From Candidatus Magasanikbacteria bacterium UBA922 (lineage in GTDB: Bacteria; Patescibacteriota; Patescibacteriia; Magasanikbacterales; UBA922): a DNA stretch of 64,000 nt. A program made the position numbers and the translations under genes. This document shows positions 60,779 to 64,000 of the stretch, in pieces. The notes under the pieces are model-generated. The model worked only from the letters and a program-made list of their open reading frames with translations, ran no database searches and was not told the origin of the DNA. Numbering within the stretch: position 1 is the stretch's first letter; the number at the start of each line of letters is the position of its first letter. The DNA lies in NCBI GenBank assembly GCA_002293825.1, contig DBDW01000011.1:9436-73435 (forward strand), in the 5' to 3' direction.

Positions 60779-61768
60779 TTAAGATAGTTTTTTGATTTTC
60801 ACGACAAAAAATCCTTCAATCTGTGGTGTAGGAAGAATTCGCAAAGCGTGCGTCCGCACATCATCACGAAATGTAAGCGCTTTAAAAGCATGTACGATGG
60901 GTGCGCGTGGAATGTCTAACACAATCGGCTCGACCGACGCATCGGGAGTACGATCGAGAAATTTTTGTACCTGTACTTCATTTTCTTCAGGAGCAAATGT
61001 ACAGGTAGAATACACGAGCACTCCACCTGGACGGAGCATGTGCCATGCAGCTCGAAGCAAAATTCGCTGTGTATAGGCCATTTCCTTGATTTTTCGCTCG
61101 CTCCAATACCCGAAACTCTTGGGATCAGTGGTGTCAAACCGAGCTTCAGCACTACACGGAGCATCGAGCAAGATTTTATCAAAATAATCAGTATATTCAC
61201 GAGACAATTGGGCTCCATGCTCCATCCGAAGTGTGAACTGCCATTCGGGAGACTCATCAGTTACTCCCAAAAGCTCCATATTATGCTTGAGTTTGAAAAA
61301 ACGTATCTTGTTCTTATCATTGGCCACAAGTTCACCGTGTCTACCCATCAACGCAGTAATCTGACTCGTCTTACTACCTGGCGCCGCAGTAAGATCCAAT
61401 ACCCGATCTCCTGATTTCGGCTCAAGCACAAGCGGAGGTACCATACTCGCAAGACTCTGGATATATATCTTCCCCTCTGCATAGATGTGACACTCAGTAA
61501 GTTCACGCTTGCTTTTGTTCAACAAAACATACGCATCGGGATACCATGCGATTTTTTGCACTTTGAATCCATGTGAGGATAAAAATGGAATAACCTCAGT
61601 AGACGAAGCCTTTAATCGATTTATCCGAAAAGTGGTAGGGCGACCCACAAATGTCTTCTCAATCTCACGAAACCGAGATAGACCAAACAATGCAGTCATT
61701 CGTTCGACAAACTTCTCAGGCAATTCTTTCCTCACTCCATGACTATGTTTCTTCTTTTTCTTCGCCAT
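60779..61768 (-). CDS. RsmB/RsmF (NOL1/NOP2/Sun) RNA m5C methyltransferase
   Basis: DLTAAPGSKT, DKILLDAPCS, YSTCT..PEENE. Confidence 0.93.
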   Translation of the reverse strand: MAKKKKKHSHGVRKELPEKFVERMTALFGLSRFREIEKTFVGRPTTFRINRLKASSTEVIPFLSSHGFKVQKIAWYPDAYVLLNKSKRELTECHIYAEGKIYIQSLASMVPPLVLEPKSGDRVLDLTAAPGSKTSQITALMGRHGELVANDKNKIRFFKLKHNMELLGVTDESPEWQFTLRMEHGAQLSREYTDYFDKILLDAPCSAEARFDTTDPKSFGYWSERKIKEMAYTQRILLRAAWHMLRPGGVLVYSTCTFAPEENEVQVQKFLDRTPDASVEPIVLDIPRAPIVHAFKALTFRDDVRTHALRILPTPQIEGFFVVKIKKLS

Positions 61769-61769
61769 A

Positions 61770-63062
61770 TTATGGTCGTACTCTATTCACCAATCGAGGA
61801 AATGGAATACACTCACGAATATGCTCAACCCCGGTCATCCACCGTACCATACGCTCGACTCCAATCCCAAATCCTGAATGTGGTACACTGCCATATTTCC
61901 GAAGATCCATGTACCATGAATACTCTTCAGGTGAAAGTCCTTCTTCACGAATACGCTCGAGCAGTAGGTCAAAATTATCTTCACGCTGTGACCCACCAAT
62001 AATTTCTCCCGACCCTTCGATTCCAATCAAATCATTATTCAGGACACGTGTGGGATCGGTGGGATCCAATTTCATATAAAACGGCTTAATGGTTTTCGGC
62101 CATTTATGGATAAACACGGGTACTGGACTGTCTTTGGTCAGAAGCGCCTCATCATCATTTCCCAAATCTTCACCCAGCTCAATATCACTTCCCCGTTCAC
62201 GAAGCCATGGAATCGCCTCTTCATAGGTAAGTTTCACAAATGGAAGTTCCACCATTTTTTTCAAAGGTTCACTATCACGCTCGAGAATTGCAAATTCTTC
62301 AGTACATTTTTCAATACATGCAGACGCAATATATTTCACCAATCCTTCCTGGATCCGCATATTCTCTTCATGTTCTACAAACGCAGCTTCGGCATCCATC
62401 ATCCAGAATTCAGTCAAATGTCGCTTAGTCACTGATTTTTCTGCACGAAATACGGGTCCAAAATCATAACATCTACCCACACTTGCAATTGCAGCCTCGA
62501 TATAGAGTTGTCCTGATTGTGACAAATACGCTTCACCAAGATCAAAGTATGGAACAGGAAACAAAGTGGTTGTCCCTTCGACAGAATTAGGTGTAAATAC
62601 TGGAGAATCGGTACGAATAAATTTTTGTTGATGTAAATATTCATTGATAGCAGTCTCGACCACATCACGAACACGCAAAATAGCCCATTGACGCTTACTT
62701 CGAAGCCACAAATGTCGATTCTCAAGGAGAAATTCAGGGCCATGCTCCTTGTGTGCAATCGGATATTCGACCGCCTGATGAATCAAGACCACATGAGTTA
62801 CTGAAATTTCAAAGACACCAGCCTTCTTAGGATGTTCTTTAGGAATTCCAGTAATCGCAACAGATGATTCCTGTCCTGCCCGAGTAATGGCATTCCACGC
62901 ATCATCGCTCAACTCTTGTTTTGAGGCAACACATTGGATAAAACCACTACCATCACGGATCTCTACAAATGCCAAAGAACCGCTCGATCGAGTATTGTAT
63001 ACCCACCCTTTAATTTCAACAGTCTGCCCAATATGCTGTCTAATATCTGAAATAAAAACCAT
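61770..63062 (-). CDS. asnS: Asparagine--tRNA ligase
   Basis: OB fold, RHLWLR, LSQSGQLY, FRAEKS.T.RHLTEFWM, GEIIGGSQRE, PHSGFGIG.ER. Confidence 0.97.
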   Translation of the reverse strand: MVFISDIRQHIGQTVEIKGWVYNTRSSGSLAFVEIRDGSGFIQCVASKQELSDDAWNAITRAGQESSVAITGIPKEHPKKAGVFEISVTHVVLIHQAVEYPIAHKEHGPEFLLENRHLWLRSKRQWAILRVRDVVETAINEYLHQQKFIRTDSPVFTPNSVEGTTTLFPVPYFDLGEAYLSQSGQLYIEAAIASVGRCYDFGPVFRAEKSVTKRHLTEFWMMDAEAAFVEHEENMRIQEGLVKYIASACIEKCTEEFAILERDSEPLKKMVELPFVKLTYEEAIPWLRERGSDIELGEDLGNDDEALLTKDSPVPVFIHKWPKTIKPFYMKLDPTDPTRVLNNDLIGIEGSGEIIGGSQREDNFDLLLERIREEGLSPEEYSWYMDLRKYGSVPHSGFGIGVERMVRWMTGVEHIRECIPFPRLVNRVRP

Positions 63063-63214
63063 ACAAAATAAGTTTCTAATTATTCCAATTGAACTAAGAA
63101 AATTCTAAAATGTTAGAATCATGTAGTCAAATTAGAATACACAGAAACCATGTGTACACACACCTAGACACACTACCCTATTTCACCCATCTCCGCAAGT
63201 TCCAAACAGGGCAA

Positions 63215-63949
63215 TTATGCAGGAACACACGTATGTGTCCAATTACCAATATCCACAGGGGCGTGATACTGTATATGCCCCCAGATGAGCTGATGAACCG
63301 CTGGACTCAGCGCATCTATCCGAGCAAGTTCGTGAGGCAATGCATATTCCAAGCGATACATATCATCAAGCACGTGTGACGAAATTCGATACACACTTCC
63401 CCGCTCACAATACTGAGACTCCACACATCCTCGACATACCACACCTCCCTGCGCAAATGACCAGAAACCGAGACCTTCTGATCGAGCACACCCTACACAT
63501 ACCCGATATCGTGGAGGAAAACCCAATTCACGTACGAGACTTAGCATCAGCCAATCCAAAAATCGTGTATCACAAGGCACACATTCTCGATCGAGAATAT
63601 CTAACCATGAAGCGAGCACATCGAATATTCCATGTTCTACAGTACCTGGTAATGTAAGCGCGTGTACTGCATGCGCTGCAAAACCTGCATGCAAACTCTT
63701 CGCATAATCATGCCGAAGCGAAGAAAATGACGTAATCAATCGAGCAGTACGGAGAAGCATCATCTCTTTTCCATGCGCAATTTCAAACCATACCAACGAA
63801 CATGGTTCGAGATGAGCAGACAATTTACTGGTGATTTTTTTTACCCCACGCGCACGCACATCTATACGTCCATACTCACGCGTAATGATAGAGATGAGCT
63901 CATCATGTTCCCGAAAATCACGACGTGCAAGAATAATACCTTCGGGCAT
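63215..63949 (-). CDS. recO: DNA repair protein RecO
   Basis: GIIL.R.DFRE.D....T...G.I...ARG.KK..SKL, LGF.P...C..C, GGVVC..C. Confidence 0.92.
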   Translation of the reverse strand: MPEGIILARRDFREHDELISIITREYGRIDVRARGVKKITSKLSAHLEPCSLVWFEIAHGKEMMLLRTARLITSFSSLRHDYAKSLHAGFAAHAVHALTLPGTVEHGIFDVLASWLDILDRECVPCDTRFLDWLMLSLVRELGFPPRYRVCVGCARSEGLGFWSFAQGGVVCRGCVESQYCERGSVYRISSHVLDDMYRLEYALPHELARIDALSPAVHQLIWGHIQYHAPVDIGNWTHTCVPA

Positions 63950-64000
63950 ACACGGTAATGTAGAAAATAAAAAAACTAGTCTGTTGCACTCAGATACTGC

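Noticed and set aside
63063-63214. TTAGAA/TTCTAA-rich asnS-recO spacer as a regulatory RNA (e.g. T-box)
   Set aside because: Only short imperfect repeats; no T-box consensus or stable structure
1-64000. Genetic code 25, CRISPR array, DGR or prophage
   Set aside because: TGA terminates genes normally and long code-11 ORFs are intact; no repeat-spacer array, reverse transcriptase or phage genes were seen

Overview
About 40% GC chromosomal segment (visual estimate) using genetic code 11, with most genes on the minus strand. Gene content points to Patescibacteria/CPR, probably ABY1/Magasanikbacteria-like; this is an inference. Housekeeping genes include rplJL with an L10 leader, tsaB, tsaD, dnaE, htrA, nrdR, ftsAZ, ybeY, rpsU, hisS, lepB, khpA, rpsP, smc, nrnA, clpP, asnS and recO, plus six intact tRNAs. 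Two envelope loci stand out: a 16-kb cluster of VirB2/TrbC-pilin-fused giant adhesin-like proteins and Ca-binding membrane proteins (20.3-36.4 kb), and a minimal T4SS-like operon (PrgI, VirB4, VirB6-like, VirB8-like) next to comF (50.3-60.4 kb). The most unusual signals are: (1) a promoter - truncated tRNA-Glu copy with an exact 30-nt double hairpin inside its anticodon - GIY-YIG nuclease - intact tRNA-Glu unit, plus a second, REP-flanked dead GIY-YIG gene; (2) a tRNA-Ser with the rare anticodon ACT; (3) an unannotated ~220-nt structured RNA with its own promoter and terminator, convergent with clpP; (4) apparent fission of, and domain insertion into, the giant pilin-adhesins. All family calls come from motif recognition by eye; no searches were run.
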